From positions 33,140-97,139 of the forward strand of contig VGBR01000011.1 of assembly GCA_016870355.1 (NCBI GenBank): a stretch of 64,000 nt of DNA, in the 5' to 3' direction. Numbering within the stretch: position 1 is the first letter of the stretch; each line of letters starts with the position of its first letter. The DNA comes from Actinomycetota bacterium (lineage in GTDB: Bacteria > Actinomycetota > Acidimicrobiia > IMCC26256 > PALSA-555). The position numbers were made by a program, and so were the translations under genes. The notes beneath the pieces were generated by a model. That model saw only the letters and a list, made by a program, of their open reading frames with translations, was not told where the DNA came from and made no database searches. Positions 47,122-57,316 of the stretch are shown in pieces.

Positions 47122-48399
47122 ATGGCTGGGTTGGCCGCGCACGCGGCGATTCGACGCACGCGCCTTGATTCGGGTGCGCGGATCGTCACCGAAGCGATGC
47201 CGATGCTGCGGTCGGTCGCAATCGGCTTTTGGGTGGGCACCGGCTCGCGTGACGAGCCCGAGGAGCTCGCCGGGGCGAGCCACTTCCTCGAGCACCTCTT
47301 GTTCAAGGGCACCGACTCGCGCACTGCCGCCGAGATCGCGGACGCCGTCGAGTCGGTCGGTGGCGACATGAACGCGTTCACCACCCAAGAGCTCACCGCG
47401 TTCTACGTGCGCGTGCCCGACGAGTGCTTGGACCTCGCGATCGAGATCCTCTCCGACATCGTCTGGGAGCCGGCGCTGCGTCTCGAGGACGTCGATGCCG
47501 AGCGTCAGGTGATCCTCGAAGAGATCCGCATGCGCGACGACGCGCCCGAAGATCTGGTGCACGACGTGTTCGCGGACGCGATGTTCCCCGGTCACCCGAT
47601 CGGCCGAGAAGTGATCGGCTCCCCCGACACCATCGACGCGATGGGTCCCGACGAGATCAGCGCGTTCCACCAACGGCACTACCACCCGAGCAACGTCGTC
47701 GTAGCGGTTGCGGGCAACCTCGGCCACGACCACGTGGTTGAGCGAGTCGAGCAGGGCATCGGCGGCGCGAACGGGTCACGGCCACCGCGCGACATGTACG
47801 CCGGCGAACCCGCGCCCAGAAGGTTGGCCGTGCTCGAGCGACCAACCGAGCAGGCGCACATCGTCGTGGGCATGCGGTCGCTGGCTCGCGCTGATGAAGA
47901 CCGATACGCGCTCACCGTGCTCAACCAGACGCTCGGCGGCGGCATGTCGTCTCGCCTCTTCCAAGAGGTGCGCGAGCGTCGTGGTCTCGCGTACTCCGTG
48001 TACTCGTTCCGCGCCGCCTTCGAGGAGACCGGGGCCTTCGCCGTGAGCGCCGGAACCTCGCCCGAGCGGCTCCCCGAGCTGCTCAGCGTGATCGATGCCG
48101 AGCTGGAGCGGGTCGTCGCCGACGGTGGCATCTCGGCGCGCGAGATGGATGCGGCCAAGGGTCACCTTCGCGGTTCGCTCGCACTCTCGTTGGAGAGCTC
48201 CGCGAGTCGGATGCACCGGCTCGGTCGCAGCGAGCTGACGATGGGCGAGATCCCGTCACTCGACGAAGTGGTCGCCGAGGTCGACGCCGTCCAGGCAGAC
48301 GACGTCGCGCGAGTGGTCGATCGCGTGCTCGCCACCGATGAGCGCACGCTCGCCGTCGTCGGCCCCGTCGAGGAGCAGGAGCTGCTCGCAAGAGCGTAA
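47122..48399 (+). CDS. M16 family zinc peptidase
   Basis: HFLEH inverted zincin motif, NAFT, SSRLFQEVRERRGLAYSV; follows pnp. Confidence 0.93.
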   Translation: MAGLAAHAAIRRTRLDSGARIVTEAMPMLRSVAIGFWVGTGSRDEPEELAGASHFLEHLLFKGTDSRTAAEIADAVESVGGDMNAFTTQELTAFYVRVPDECLDLAIEILSDIVWEPALRLEDVDAERQVILEEIRMRDDAPEDLVHDVFADAMFPGHPIGREVIGSPDTIDAMGPDEISAFHQRHYHPSNVVVAVAGNLGHDHVVERVEQGIGGANGSRPPRDMYAGEPAPRRLAVLERPTEQAHIVVGMRSLARADEDRYALTVLNQTLGGGMSSRLFQEVRERRGLAYSVYSFRAAFEETGAFAVSAGTSPERLPELLSVIDAELERVVADGGISAREMDAAKGHLRGSLALSLESSASRMHRLGRSELTMGEIPSLDEVVAEVDAVQADDVARVVDRVLATDERTLAVVGPVEEQELLARA

Positions 48400-48468
48400 G
48401 AACGGAGCGCTCGACGCGCTCCTAGTAGGGAGTGACCGATTCGGTTCGCCCCCTACGATCGTGACGGC

Positions 48469-49884
48469 ATGCAGGACGCGGAGATTGCTCAAGCGATCGC
48501 GGCTGGCGACACGGAGGCGTTCGCCGAGCTCTTCGAGCGCTATGGCGCCGCGCTCCACGACTTCTGCGCGTCAGTGCTGCGCAACCGCGACGAAGCGCGA
48601 GACGTGGTCCAGGACACCCTGGTCCTCGGGTGGGAGCGCGCGGCCCAGCTGCGCGACCCGAGCAAGCTCAAGCCGTGGCTCTTCGCGATTGCGCGGCACG
48701 AGGCACTGCGACGGCTGCGTGCGCGCCGACGGTCCGTGCCGCTTCAGGACGTCGAGATCGACCGTCCCGCCCCTGGGTCCGATCCGGTGGACGCCGTGAC
48801 TCGTGAAGACGCGGCCGCGATCGTATGGGCAGCCGCGGCCGGCCTGTCACCGCGCGACCAGGTCCTGCTCGAGCTGCACGTGCGCCAGGGACTGGAGGGC
48901 CAGGAGCTCGCGGACGCGATGGGCACGAACGCCAACCACGCGTATGTGCTCGTCAACCGCTTGCGAGCCAGGGTCGATCGTTCGCTGGGCGCGCTGCTCG
49001 TCGCGCGCCTCGGTCGCGAGGAGTGTGAGGAGCTCCAGCGCGTGCTCGAGGCTTGGGACGGCACGTTCTCGCCGCTCTGGCGCAAGCGCGTCGTCCGTCA
49101 CGTCGACGAATGCGAGATCTGCTCGGAACGGCGAAAGGCGCTGGCGAGCCCCTTCGAGCTGCTGCCGACGCTCGCCGCGGTCATGCTGCCGTCCGACCTG
49201 CGTGACGACGTCTTCGACCGAATCCGCCACATCTCGTCGCACACGCGCATCCCCGGCGATCGGCGAGCGCGCGGGTGGCGCCGTCGTCACGACGGCTTTC
49301 CGCCACCGTTGTACATGCCACCTCGACGTCGGGTGGCGGGAACCGCCGCCGCAGTCGTGGCCATCTTGGCGAGCGGCGGCATCGGGGCCGCGATCACCGC
49401 GGGACCAGGGAGCGACCGCCACGTGAACGTCAGCGACGAACGCCGCAATTCGTCCCCCTCCACGACCCGAGGTCCGCTGGGTGCAGCGCCCACGACGGGC
49501 GGAACGGCGCCGCCGGCTTCGACGACGGGTGCGGCGCCGCCGAGCATGGCGCTGGATGGCAAACCCCCGTCGATCAGCGGGCTCAGTGTGAGCCCAACGT
49601 CGTTCTTCGAATCGCTCGGCACGTGCAACCCTGAGACGGCCACCGTCAGCGCGGCCGTCAGCGATCCGAGCGGCCTCGCGTCGGTGTTGATGCTCTGGTC
49701 TTCGACGGCTGGCAGCGGCTCGAAGCCGATGACTGGGGGCGCGACGCGCTCGGCAACGCTGGGGCCGTTCGCGCAGGCACCATCTGCCATCACGCCGATC
49801 ACGATCACGGTCCGGGCGACGGACGGTGCCGGGAACGTGGCCGAGGCCACCACCGCGGCCGAGGTCCAACAGTGCGTGATCTAG
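48469..49884 (+). CDS. ECF sigma factor fused to zf-HC, a transmembrane helix and an extracellular Ig-like domain
   Basis: Sigma region 2 (DVVQDT, WLFAIAR), region 4, HVDECEIC (HxxxCxxC), hydrophobic helix, S/T/P linker, beta-rich C-domain. Confidence 0.88.
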   Translation: MQDAEIAQAIAAGDTEAFAELFERYGAALHDFCASVLRNRDEARDVVQDTLVLGWERAAQLRDPSKLKPWLFAIARHEALRRLRARRRSVPLQDVEIDRPAPGSDPVDAVTREDAAAIVWAAAAGLSPRDQVLLELHVRQGLEGQELADAMGTNANHAYVLVNRLRARVDRSLGALLVARLGREECEELQRVLEAWDGTFSPLWRKRVVRHVDECEICSERRKALASPFELLPTLAAVMLPSDLRDDVFDRIRHISSHTRIPGDRRARGWRRRHDGFPPPLYMPPRRRVAGTAAAVVAILASGGIGAAITAGPGSDRHVNVSDERRNSSPSTTRGPLGAAPTTGGTAPPASTTGAAPPSMALDGKPPSISGLSVSPTSFFESLGTCNPETATVSAAVSDPSGLASVLMLWSSTAGSGSKPMTGGATRSATLGPFAQAPSAITPITITVRATDGAGNVAEATTAAEVQQCVI

Positions 49885-49992
49885 GTGCCTGAGCAGGCAG
49901 CGCGAAAAGCCTGCAAACTGTAAGAGAGGGCCGGGCTCGCTGCTCTGGTTCCCGAGAGCATCCGGGGCGAACCGGTCTGCGGGAGGTGCGGG

Positions 49993-50757
49993 GTGGTGCG
50001 AGGCGTGCGAGGGGCGATCGCCCTGACCCAGCTGCTCGTGGCAGGCACGATCGTGGCCGGTGGTGCCGGTGCTGGGGTGGCACTCGACCAGACGGGCGTG
50101 TTCGGTGGTGGTGACGAAACCGTCGAGGTCAGCCTCGACGCCGTCTCCGTCTACGACTGCCCTGACGGCGCGGAGAGCGGTGAGGTGCACCGCGGGGACC
50201 GGGTGCTCGCCACCGGGCGCGACGGCAGCGGCGCATGGATCGAGATCCGCGACCCCCGCGACCTTGGTGCGCGCGTCTGGGTCAAGGCCCCGTATCTCGT
50301 GCCCGACGCCGATCTCTCCGGTCTCGACGTGCGTGACTGCGAAGAGGTCGAGGTTGCGCTGCCCACGACCACGACCGCACCGTCCGATGGCGGTGGTGGC
50401 GGTGGTGGCACGGCGGCCGACACGACCGGTCCGACCATTTCCGGCGTGAGCGCAAACCCGAATGAGATCTGGGAGACGTTCCCGTCCCTGTGCGGCGAGA
50501 TGGCGAAGCAGTCGACGATCACCGCGAGCGCGAGCGATCCCGCGGGCATCGCGTCGCTGACCGCATCGTGGGCCTTCGGACCGGTCAACCAGACGAAGAA
50601 TATTCCCGCGCAGTTCGGACCGTTCCCGTACTTGACCGTGCCTGACAACACGCAGCCGACGATCACGATCACGATCACGGCACGGGACACTCATGGCAAC
50701 ACGCGCACCGCCACGACAACCGTCGTCGTTCACAGCGCGGCCCAGTGCTCCATCTGA
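49993..50757 (+). CDS. Secreted or membrane-anchored protein: SH3-like domain plus Ig-like domain
   Basis: Hydrophobic N-terminus; GDRVLATGR...WIEI...VWV (SH3b-like); C-domain resembles that of the upstream sigma. Confidence 0.8.
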   Translation: MVRGVRGAIALTQLLVAGTIVAGGAGAGVALDQTGVFGGGDETVEVSLDAVSVYDCPDGAESGEVHRGDRVLATGRDGSGAWIEIRDPRDLGARVWVKAPYLVPDADLSGLDVRDCEEVEVALPTTTTAPSDGGGGGGGTAADTTGPTISGVSANPNEIWETFPSLCGEMAKQSTITASASDPAGIASLTASWAFGPVNQTKNIPAQFGPFPYLTVPDNTQPTITITITARDTHGNTRTATTTVVVHSAAQCSI

Positions 50758-50761
50758 TCCG

Positions 50762-52486
50762 ATGACGCGCATCAGCTCGATCCTCGCTGCGCTCGGCCTG
50801 CTGGTCGTCTCGATCGTCGGTGGCGCGCTCGTGTCAGGTGGCCTCGCTGGCGACGCGGTGGTCACGCGCGCCCTGCCCGAGCGTGAGCAGGCGATCCCGG
50901 TGATCGGCCCGTCCGACGGCGCGCTCGGCGCGACACCGGCGTCCGCAGACGGCGGTGGCGGCGGGGGAGCGGGCGGCGACGCGAGTGACGACGAGGTGCC
51001 AGTCAGCGACCCGGTCGGCGTCGTCGAGCCCTACGTGCCGGCCGATGACGGGGACCCCTCGACGCTGCGCTTCATCGACCCGTGCGCGGCCGTCGAGGGC
51101 GAGTGCGACGGCATCGGCAGCACTGTGCTCGGCTTCCACGAGGCGCCGCCGTTCGAGATCCTCGGCGTGTCGGGTGGCGGCGATCGCTGCACGGAGCGGG
51201 GCGTTGAAGCACGGGTGATCGGTGATCCCTTTTTGATCCGCTCCACCACGCCAGCTGAGTTCACAGTGACCGCGCGCGATCGAAACGGCGATACGAAGAC
51301 GGTCCGCGTGTCGACCCCACCAAACGAGGTCGACGACTTCACCGCGCGCTACGACGACGATCCGGGCACGCATACAGATCCGTCCTTCTTGGACGAGCGC
51401 GTCAGCACCTGCTTCGGGATCCTGTTCCCCAACCGCTCGACGCAGTGGGACCTCGTCGTCGAGGGACGTACCGGCGATCAGACCGACACCTACGAGTACG
51501 CGTGGGACGTCGTGGCCACCGGTGGCCGACCACCGGTCCGCATCGACGACCCGCGGCCGCCCTACGAGCACCAGCTCCACGTCGTGGTGCCGGCGAAGAG
51601 CGGGAACAGTGGCAAGGTCGTTGTCGACCTGGCGTCGAACTCGGGCGGCGCGACCGGCGATGCCTGTCGTGCGCGGGAGGGGTTGAGCACGTCAGCGGTG
51701 AGCAGCGCGCTGATCCCGGGGCAGCCGGGCTCTCCGACGCGCGCGATCGCGCGCCGGGAGCTCACTGCCCCTGACTACCCCTACGACGAGGTGTACGACC
51801 ATCGCTTCGACCACACGTTCAGCGATTTGGCACCGGGCCATCGCTACGACCTCTGCATCTGGTGGCTCGGGCCGCCCGGCCGTGGGGTCGAGGAGCGGGT
51901 CGTGTACCCGGTCTTCACCCCACAGCGCTACACGGTGTTCTTCCGCGTCGCGCGCGTGGACTTCACGCACGCGCGATCACCCAGCTCGATCGAGATCTCG
52001 ACGTTCGCCGGCGCGTGCCGGTTCAGCCTGCCGCGCGCCGAGGCCGCGCGCCACCACGTCTACGACCCCGCATATGTTCCCACCTCGGCCACCAGTGGCG
52101 AGCAGCCGTGCAACCACAGTCGAAGGCTCGAGCCGCTCCCGGGAAGTTTAATCTCGTTCCCGTCGTTCGATCCTCTCCTGCGCGTCGAGGTCACCCGGGG
52201 CGAGACGACGCTCGCCGACTATCTCCACGCGCCGTTGAGCCCGTGTCCGGTCGGTGGTCGCGCGTGCGATCCCAGTGAGGACTTCACTGAGGACTACGTG
52301 GTGAGCCTCGGCTCCGTCACGACCGGACTCTGCGGCTCGTCGTTCGGTACCTGTGACCCGCCGACGGAGCGAGTCGGCACGATCACGTTCCGCTTGCGCT
52401 TCCGGAGCAGCGGGCACGAAGGCGGCCGCTACTGGGAGATCGGCGAGCCGACCACCTTCGAGGCCCCGGAGGATGAGGAGTCCTAG
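50762..52486 (+). CDS. Secreted or membrane-anchored Cys-containing hypothetical protein
   Basis: N-terminal hydrophobic segment, Gly/Asp linker, many Cys; starts 4 nt after the previous stop. Confidence 0.78.
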   Translation: MTRISSILAALGLLVVSIVGGALVSGGLAGDAVVTRALPEREQAIPVIGPSDGALGATPASADGGGGGGAGGDASDDEVPVSDPVGVVEPYVPADDGDPSTLRFIDPCAAVEGECDGIGSTVLGFHEAPPFEILGVSGGGDRCTERGVEARVIGDPFLIRSTTPAEFTVTARDRNGDTKTVRVSTPPNEVDDFTARYDDDPGTHTDPSFLDERVSTCFGILFPNRSTQWDLVVEGRTGDQTDTYEYAWDVVATGGRPPVRIDDPRPPYEHQLHVVVPAKSGNSGKVVVDLASNSGGATGDACRAREGLSTSAVSSALIPGQPGSPTRAIARRELTAPDYPYDEVYDHRFDHTFSDLAPGHRYDLCIWWLGPPGRGVEERVVYPVFTPQRYTVFFRVARVDFTHARSPSSIEISTFAGACRFSLPRAEAARHHVYDPAYVPTSATSGEQPCNHSRRLEPLPGSLISFPSFDPLLRVEVTRGETTLADYLHAPLSPCPVGGRACDPSEDFTEDYVVSLGSVTTGLCGSSFGTCDPPTERVGTITFRLRFRSSGHEGGRYWEIGEPTTFEAPEDEES

Positions 52487-52595
52487 GTCTGATGAAGCGC
52501 GCGCGACCTCACTTCTCGCTGCCGGCCTGGATCGAAGCTGACTGACACCGAGAAGCAACGGGCGGGCCCACAGGCGACCGCGTACCCTTCCGAGC

Positions 52596-53408
52596 GTGAT
52601 CAGAGTCGGTGTGTTCGGTGCCGGTGGGCGCATGGGCTCCACCGTGTGCAGCGCCGTCGCGGCGGATCCCGAACTGGAGCTCGTTGCCGCGGTCGACCCG
52701 TACCACGAGGGCATCGACCTGACGCAGCTCGGCGTTCCCGACACGGGGTTGACGGTGAACCGAGCGGTCGACACGTTCGCGGAGCAGGGCGTCGATGTTG
52801 CCGTCGACTTCACGGTCCTCGACGCGGCACGCGACAACATCGCGTGGTGCGCTGACCACGGTGTGCACGCGGTCGTCGGCACGACGGGCTTCACCGAAGA
52901 CGAGCTCGATCAGCTGCGCGTGCGCTTTCTGAACGCCGCCGCGAACGCGGTGATCGTGCCCAACTTCGCGATCGGTGCGGTGCTGATGATGCGGTTCGCC
53001 GAGCTGGCCGCGCCGTACTTCGACACCGCCGAGATCATCGAGATGCACCATGACGAGAAGGTGGATGCCCCGTCGGGCACCGCGATGCTCACCGCCCAAC
53101 GCATGGCCCAGGCGTCGAGCAGCTGGGGGAAGGACCCCACCGAGAAGGTCGTGATCGAAGGCGCCCGCGGCGGCGAGGGACCCGGCGGCATCCACATCCA
53201 CTCCGTCCGCATGCGCGGAGCCGTCGCGCACCAAGAGGTGGTGCTCGGCACGACGGGTCAGTCGCTGACGATCCGCCACGACTCCTACGAGCGGACCTCG
53301 TTCATGCCCGGCGTGCTGCTCGCGATCCGCGCGGTCCGCGAGCGCCCCGGCCTCACCATCGGCCTCGCCGCCCTCCTCGGCCTCGAAGGGAAGGTGGGGA
53401 AAGCCTGA
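52596..53408 (+). CDS. dapB: 4-hydroxy-tetrahydrodipicolinate reductase
   Basis: GAGGRMG, VDFT, VVGTTG, EMHH..KVDAPSGTA. Confidence 0.97.
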   Translation: MIRVGVFGAGGRMGSTVCSAVAADPELELVAAVDPYHEGIDLTQLGVPDTGLTVNRAVDTFAEQGVDVAVDFTVLDAARDNIAWCADHGVHAVVGTTGFTEDELDQLRVRFLNAAANAVIVPNFAIGAVLMMRFAELAAPYFDTAEIIEMHHDEKVDAPSGTAMLTAQRMAQASSSWGKDPTEKVVIEGARGGEGPGGIHIHSVRMRGAVAHQEVVLGTTGQSLTIRHDSYERTSFMPGVLLAIRAVRERPGLTIGLAALLGLEGKVGKA

Positions 53409-53486
53409 GCGAGCGGCCGCGGCGCGGGTCTCCGCGCTGCAGCGAGCGGGGGCTCGAGCGGCCCGGCCCGCAGGGCCCAGAGCAGG
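53406..53486 (+). repeat. Dispersed ~80-bp palindromic repeat, family A, copy 2
   Basis: Aligns with 1907-1988; its first TGA is the dapB stop codon. Confidence 0.85.
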
Positions 53487-53504
53487 TAAGTAGGGTCACG
53501 CCCC

Positions 53505-53899
53505 GTGACGGGGGATGCCCCCCAGGGGGGAACGGGCGGCGCGCCGCTGTTGGCGTTGCGGAACCTGGAGGTCGTGTACGGCGGCTCCATCCGAGTGCTG
53601 CGCGGCGTCAGTCGGGATGTGCCCGCGGGCAAGGTCGTCAGGCGATGGCGCAGGTGCTCGAGCAGGCCGTGAAGAGCGGCGACCTCAGCCGCGCTGGAGT
53701 CCCGGCGGCGGTCGCCAAGATCAAGAAGCTGACCTTCGACGGCCTCGACGAGGACTACAAGTACGGCAACCCGGCGAAGCGCAACCCGCCACGGGCCACG
53801 GCCGTGCTCTCGGTCGACCCGGCCGGTCCGGTGGGTCTCGCGATCCTCGGTGAGCAGACCGCATCCGAGGCAGCCACGAAGTACAAGATCGAAGACTGA
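53505..53899 (+). pseudogene. Remnant of a branched-chain-type ABC operon: ATPase 5' end joined out of frame to a substrate-binding protein 3' end
   Basis: LLALRNLEVVY..IRVLRGVS.DVPAGKVV ends before Walker A; QVLEQAVKSGDLSRAG.. follows in another frame; junction near 53638. Confidence 0.75.
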
Positions 53900-54004
53900 C
53901 CCTTCGATCGTCACGTCACCGGGCCCGCTCCCGTCAGCTTCGGCTGGGGGAGCGGGCCTGGTCGCGTCACGGCTCTCATTTCCTGGTCGGCGTAGCGTCG
54001 CGTC

Positions 54005-54604
54005 GTGCCTGACGCGACCGATCCGCGCGAGCGCGTGCTCGCCGGGACCTACGAATGTGCGGCGCGCTTCGGGTTCGGCAAGACGACCATCGACGACGTC
54101 GCGCGCGAGTCCGGTGTCTCGCGAGCAACGATCTATCGGCTCTTTCCCGGCGGGCGCGAGCAGATCCTGCGCGAGACGGTCGGCTGGGAGATGAACCACT
54201 TCTTCCAGCGCCTCGCCGATGACGTGGCCGATGCCCCCGATCTCGTCACCCGGGTCGAGCGGGCGCTGGTGTTCGCCCGCCAGGCGCTGCTCGAGCACGC
54301 CGTGCTCCAGAAGGTCCTGGCGTCGGAGCCCGACGTGCTGCTGCCGCTGTTGACGGTCGAGCAGCACCGGGTGCTCGGCTACATCCGGGAGTACGTGGGA
54401 CCGCTGCTCGCGGCCGAGCGAGACGCCGGCCGGCTCGTGCCCGGCGTCGACCTCGACGCGGCCGCCGACCACGTCGCTCGCCTGCTCCTCTCGCTGATCG
54501 GCTCCCCGGGGCGCTGGGATCTCGCGGATCCGGGGCAGGTCAGGAACCTCGTGCGCTCCGAGCTCCTGGGTGGCATCGTGCGCGCCGCAGGGTCCCCGAA
54601 ATGA
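54005..54604 (+). CDS. TetR/AcrR family regulator
   Basis: GFGKTTIDDVARESGVSRATIYRLF. Confidence 0.92.
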   Translation: MPDATDPRERVLAGTYECAARFGFGKTTIDDVARESGVSRATIYRLFPGGREQILRETVGWEMNHFFQRLADDVADAPDLVTRVERALVFARQALLEHAVLQKVLASEPDVLLPLLTVEQHRVLGYIREYVGPLLAAERDAGRLVPGVDLDAAADHVARLLLSLIGSPGRWDLADPGQVRNLVRSELLGGIVRAAGSPK

Positions 54605-54681
54605 GCCATTGATCGCGCGGGCCGAGCGGTGCACACTGGGCAACGGGGGTGAGGCCCCGGATGGGAGGACCGACGGTGGGC

Positions 54682-55134
54682 ATGTTCAAGGACCTCAAGA
54701 AGATGTCCGACATCGGCAAGGAGATGTCGGAGCAGAAGCGCAAGGAGATGGGTTGGGAGAAGAGCAAGAACCCGCTCAACCCGTCGGGCTTCAAGATGTC
54801 CGACGCGTTGAAGGCGGGAGCCGACGCGGCGGAGCAGGCGCAGGCGCTGCAAGCCGAGATGATGCGCCAGCAGGAGCTTCTGACGACCGGCATGCCCGGC
54901 ACGGCGACCGTCAAGGGTCTTCAGGACACCGGTCAGATCGTCAACTTCAACCCGCAGGTCGTCCTCGACCTCGAGGTCACGATTGAGGGCAAGGGCGCGT
55001 ACCCCGTCCAGTTCTCGACGACCATCCCGCAGGTGCACATCCCGATGGTGCAGCCAGGGAACACGATCGGCGTCCGGGTCGACCCGAACGACCCGTCGTC
55101 GGTCGCGATCGACTGGGCCCGCCCGCAGGGCTGA
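54682..55134 (+). CDS. Hypothetical protein with C-terminal DUF3592-like beta domain
   Basis: Met/Lys/Gln-rich helical N-half; DTG..VN.NP.V...QPG....VRVDP.DP..VAIDW. Confidence 0.75.
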   Translation: MFKDLKKMSDIGKEMSEQKRKEMGWEKSKNPLNPSGFKMSDALKAGADAAEQAQALQAEMMRQQELLTTGMPGTATVKGLQDTGQIVNFNPQVVLDLEVTIEGKGAYPVQFSTTIPQVHIPMVQPGNTIGVRVDPNDPSSVAIDWARPQG

Positions 55135-55211
55135 TCAGACTCGCGATCGCACCGCCGGAGGAGTCGGAGTCCTTCAGCTGGGGGGAAGAACCTTCCGCGA
55201 GCAGCGATCGC

Positions 55212-55607
55212 GTGGGGCGACGGGATGCCGTCGTCATAGGAGAGGAAGGCAAGATAGCGGGAACGCTCGAAGAGGTCACGGTCGTCGAGCTCGCCACCCG
55301 GAACAACAGCTGGCGGGGCGATTGCCCCTGCGTGTGGTCGTGGGACGGGCGTGCGCTCGAGGTGTTCAGCTGGATCACGGGGAACGGCCGGTACCACCGT
55401 GATCAGGGTGTCCAGATCGACGCCATCGAACGAAGGGGTCACGTCTGGGTCTACGTCGGGTACCCGCCGGGAGGTCAGGGCTCGATGACGGGTCGGCGGG
55501 GGAACTTCTCCGGCGCGTACTACGAGTTCGACCAGGCGGAGTACGACCGCCTGCGGCCGCTGCTCGACAAGGTGAACGCGGAGTGGAACACGGCACCACG
55601 CGAGTGA
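55212..55607 (+). CDS. Hypothetical protein
   Basis: 131-aa ORF with plausible codon usage; start uncertain. Confidence 0.55.
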   Translation: MGRRDAVVIGEEGKIAGTLEEVTVVELATRNNSWRGDCPCVWSWDGRALEVFSWITGNGRYHRDQGVQIDAIERRGHVWVYVGYPPGGQGSMTGRRGNFSGAYYEFDQAEYDRLRPLLDKVNAEWNTAPRE

Positions 55608-55704
55608 CGCCCGGGTCGCCTACCTTGACAGCGACGAGGCGCGGTCACGCCGGCCGGTTGACCGTCGCAGGTCGTCCCATCCCCGTCTGCCCGTGAGGCC
55701 GCCG

Positions 55705-57298
55705 ATGCGGAGGCACGTGCTGACCGCCATCGCCCTGGTCGCGACGGTGGTTTCGCCGGCGCAACGGGCTGGGGGGTTCGGTGCGCGCCGGCGCCCAGCC
55801 GACACCCAAGACCGTCGAGTTCGGATGTGGCGCGAGCCCTCAGTGGACCGCACCCCTCGGCGTTCACGCGGCGACGGTCGATGCCTACGGCGCAGAGGGT
55901 GGCTCTGCCCTCTGGACGACCAAGCTCCAGCTGTCCGAGAACCTCCCGGGCCCGATCACGGAGACGAGGGTCAGCCCGGGCGGGCTCGGGGGACGAACGC
56001 TGGCGAAGGTTCCGATCGACCCCGGCGCGCTCTACCACGTGTTCGCCGGCTGTAGCGGCCAACCCAACGCTGCGCTCTGTTACGAGAAACCAACCTATTC
56101 CACCTGGGGCGGTGCCCCGGGAGGTGTCGCCGGGGGGAGCACCGGTGCCGGCGGTGGCGGGGCTTCCTACATGACCAAAGCGGGCAGCAACAAGATCCTG
56201 GCCATCGCCGGGGGCGGCGGCGGGGGCGCGGCCAACAGTGGGGGCAAGAGTGTGTCGAGCGCCGGCGCCGGCGGTGCTGGCGGCGGCGCCTTCCAGCCAG
56301 GGAAGGACGGCAAGTCCTTCGGCATCGGTGGGCAGGGCGGCGGCGGCGGTGGGCTCGTCGAGTGGGGCAAGGGCGGCGGCGCGATCTGGCCGTACCCGTG
56401 GAACATCTCAGATCCGGCCGTAGGGTCCAACGGGACGTTCTTCTACGGCGGCTCGGGGGGCGGCTCCATCACGTGCTCGCCCACCGTGGGGATGGCCGGC
56501 GGTGGGGGCGGTGGTGGCGGCGCAATCGGTGGTGGCGGCGGGGGTGGGCACGTGGGCAGCGGGCACCTGGACGGCTTCGTCAAGCAGTACAGCCTTGCGT
56601 ATGCCGGCGGTGGTGGTGGTGGCTCTGGGTTCAGTGCCGACTTCGATGCGCATGGTGAGACCGGCGTGCGCAAGGGCAACGGGCTGGTGAAGATCACGTA
56701 CACCGTCGATCCTCACGCGTGGATCGAGCTGTTCAACGTCACGTCGATCCCGGTGCAAGGGAAGTTCCAGTTCGCGCTCTTCAAGTGCGTGGACCAGAAG
56801 GAACGATCACGCGCCGCGGTCGTCGACAGCGGACCGCCAGGGCGGTCCTGTACGCGGGTCTCTGACGCCGCGCTGAGCGACGACGACGGCAAGGTGTTCA
56901 CCGGTCTGAGGGTAGGGACGTACGTGCTTCGCCAGACCGGCGCGCCGGATGGCTGGACGCTCGGCGACATTCGATGTGTGGACGTGCCGGGCGGCGCGGA
57001 ACCCTCCGGTGAGATCGAGGTGGGAAGCCCGGTGGTCGCAGACGGTGAGATCGTGCTGAAGTTCCGTCGGCGACAGCACGTCCGCTGCACCTTTGCCAAC
57101 CGCAGCGCCTTCGCCGGGCTGCCTGGGCCTGCGCAGACCATCCCATCCACCACCACGACGAGGCCGAGGGCGACGACTCCGCCGCCGACTGCGCCGGTGA
57201 CGACCCCGCCGACGGAGCCGCCGACGGACCCGGCGACGGACCCTCCGACCACCCCGACCACACCACCGTGCTTCCCCGGTACGCCCGGCTGTCCCTGA
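55705..57298 (+). CDS. Secreted glycine-rich surface protein with Ig/SpaA-like domain and PT tail; signal peptide out of frame at a G6 tract
   Basis: MRRHVLTAIALVATVV (frame of 55705) versus mature ORF 55781-57298; GGGGG runs, GNGLVKITY, GWTLGDIRC..VRCTFAN. Confidence 0.7.
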
Positions 57299-57316
57299 CG
57301 CGCGAGCAGGCCCAGT

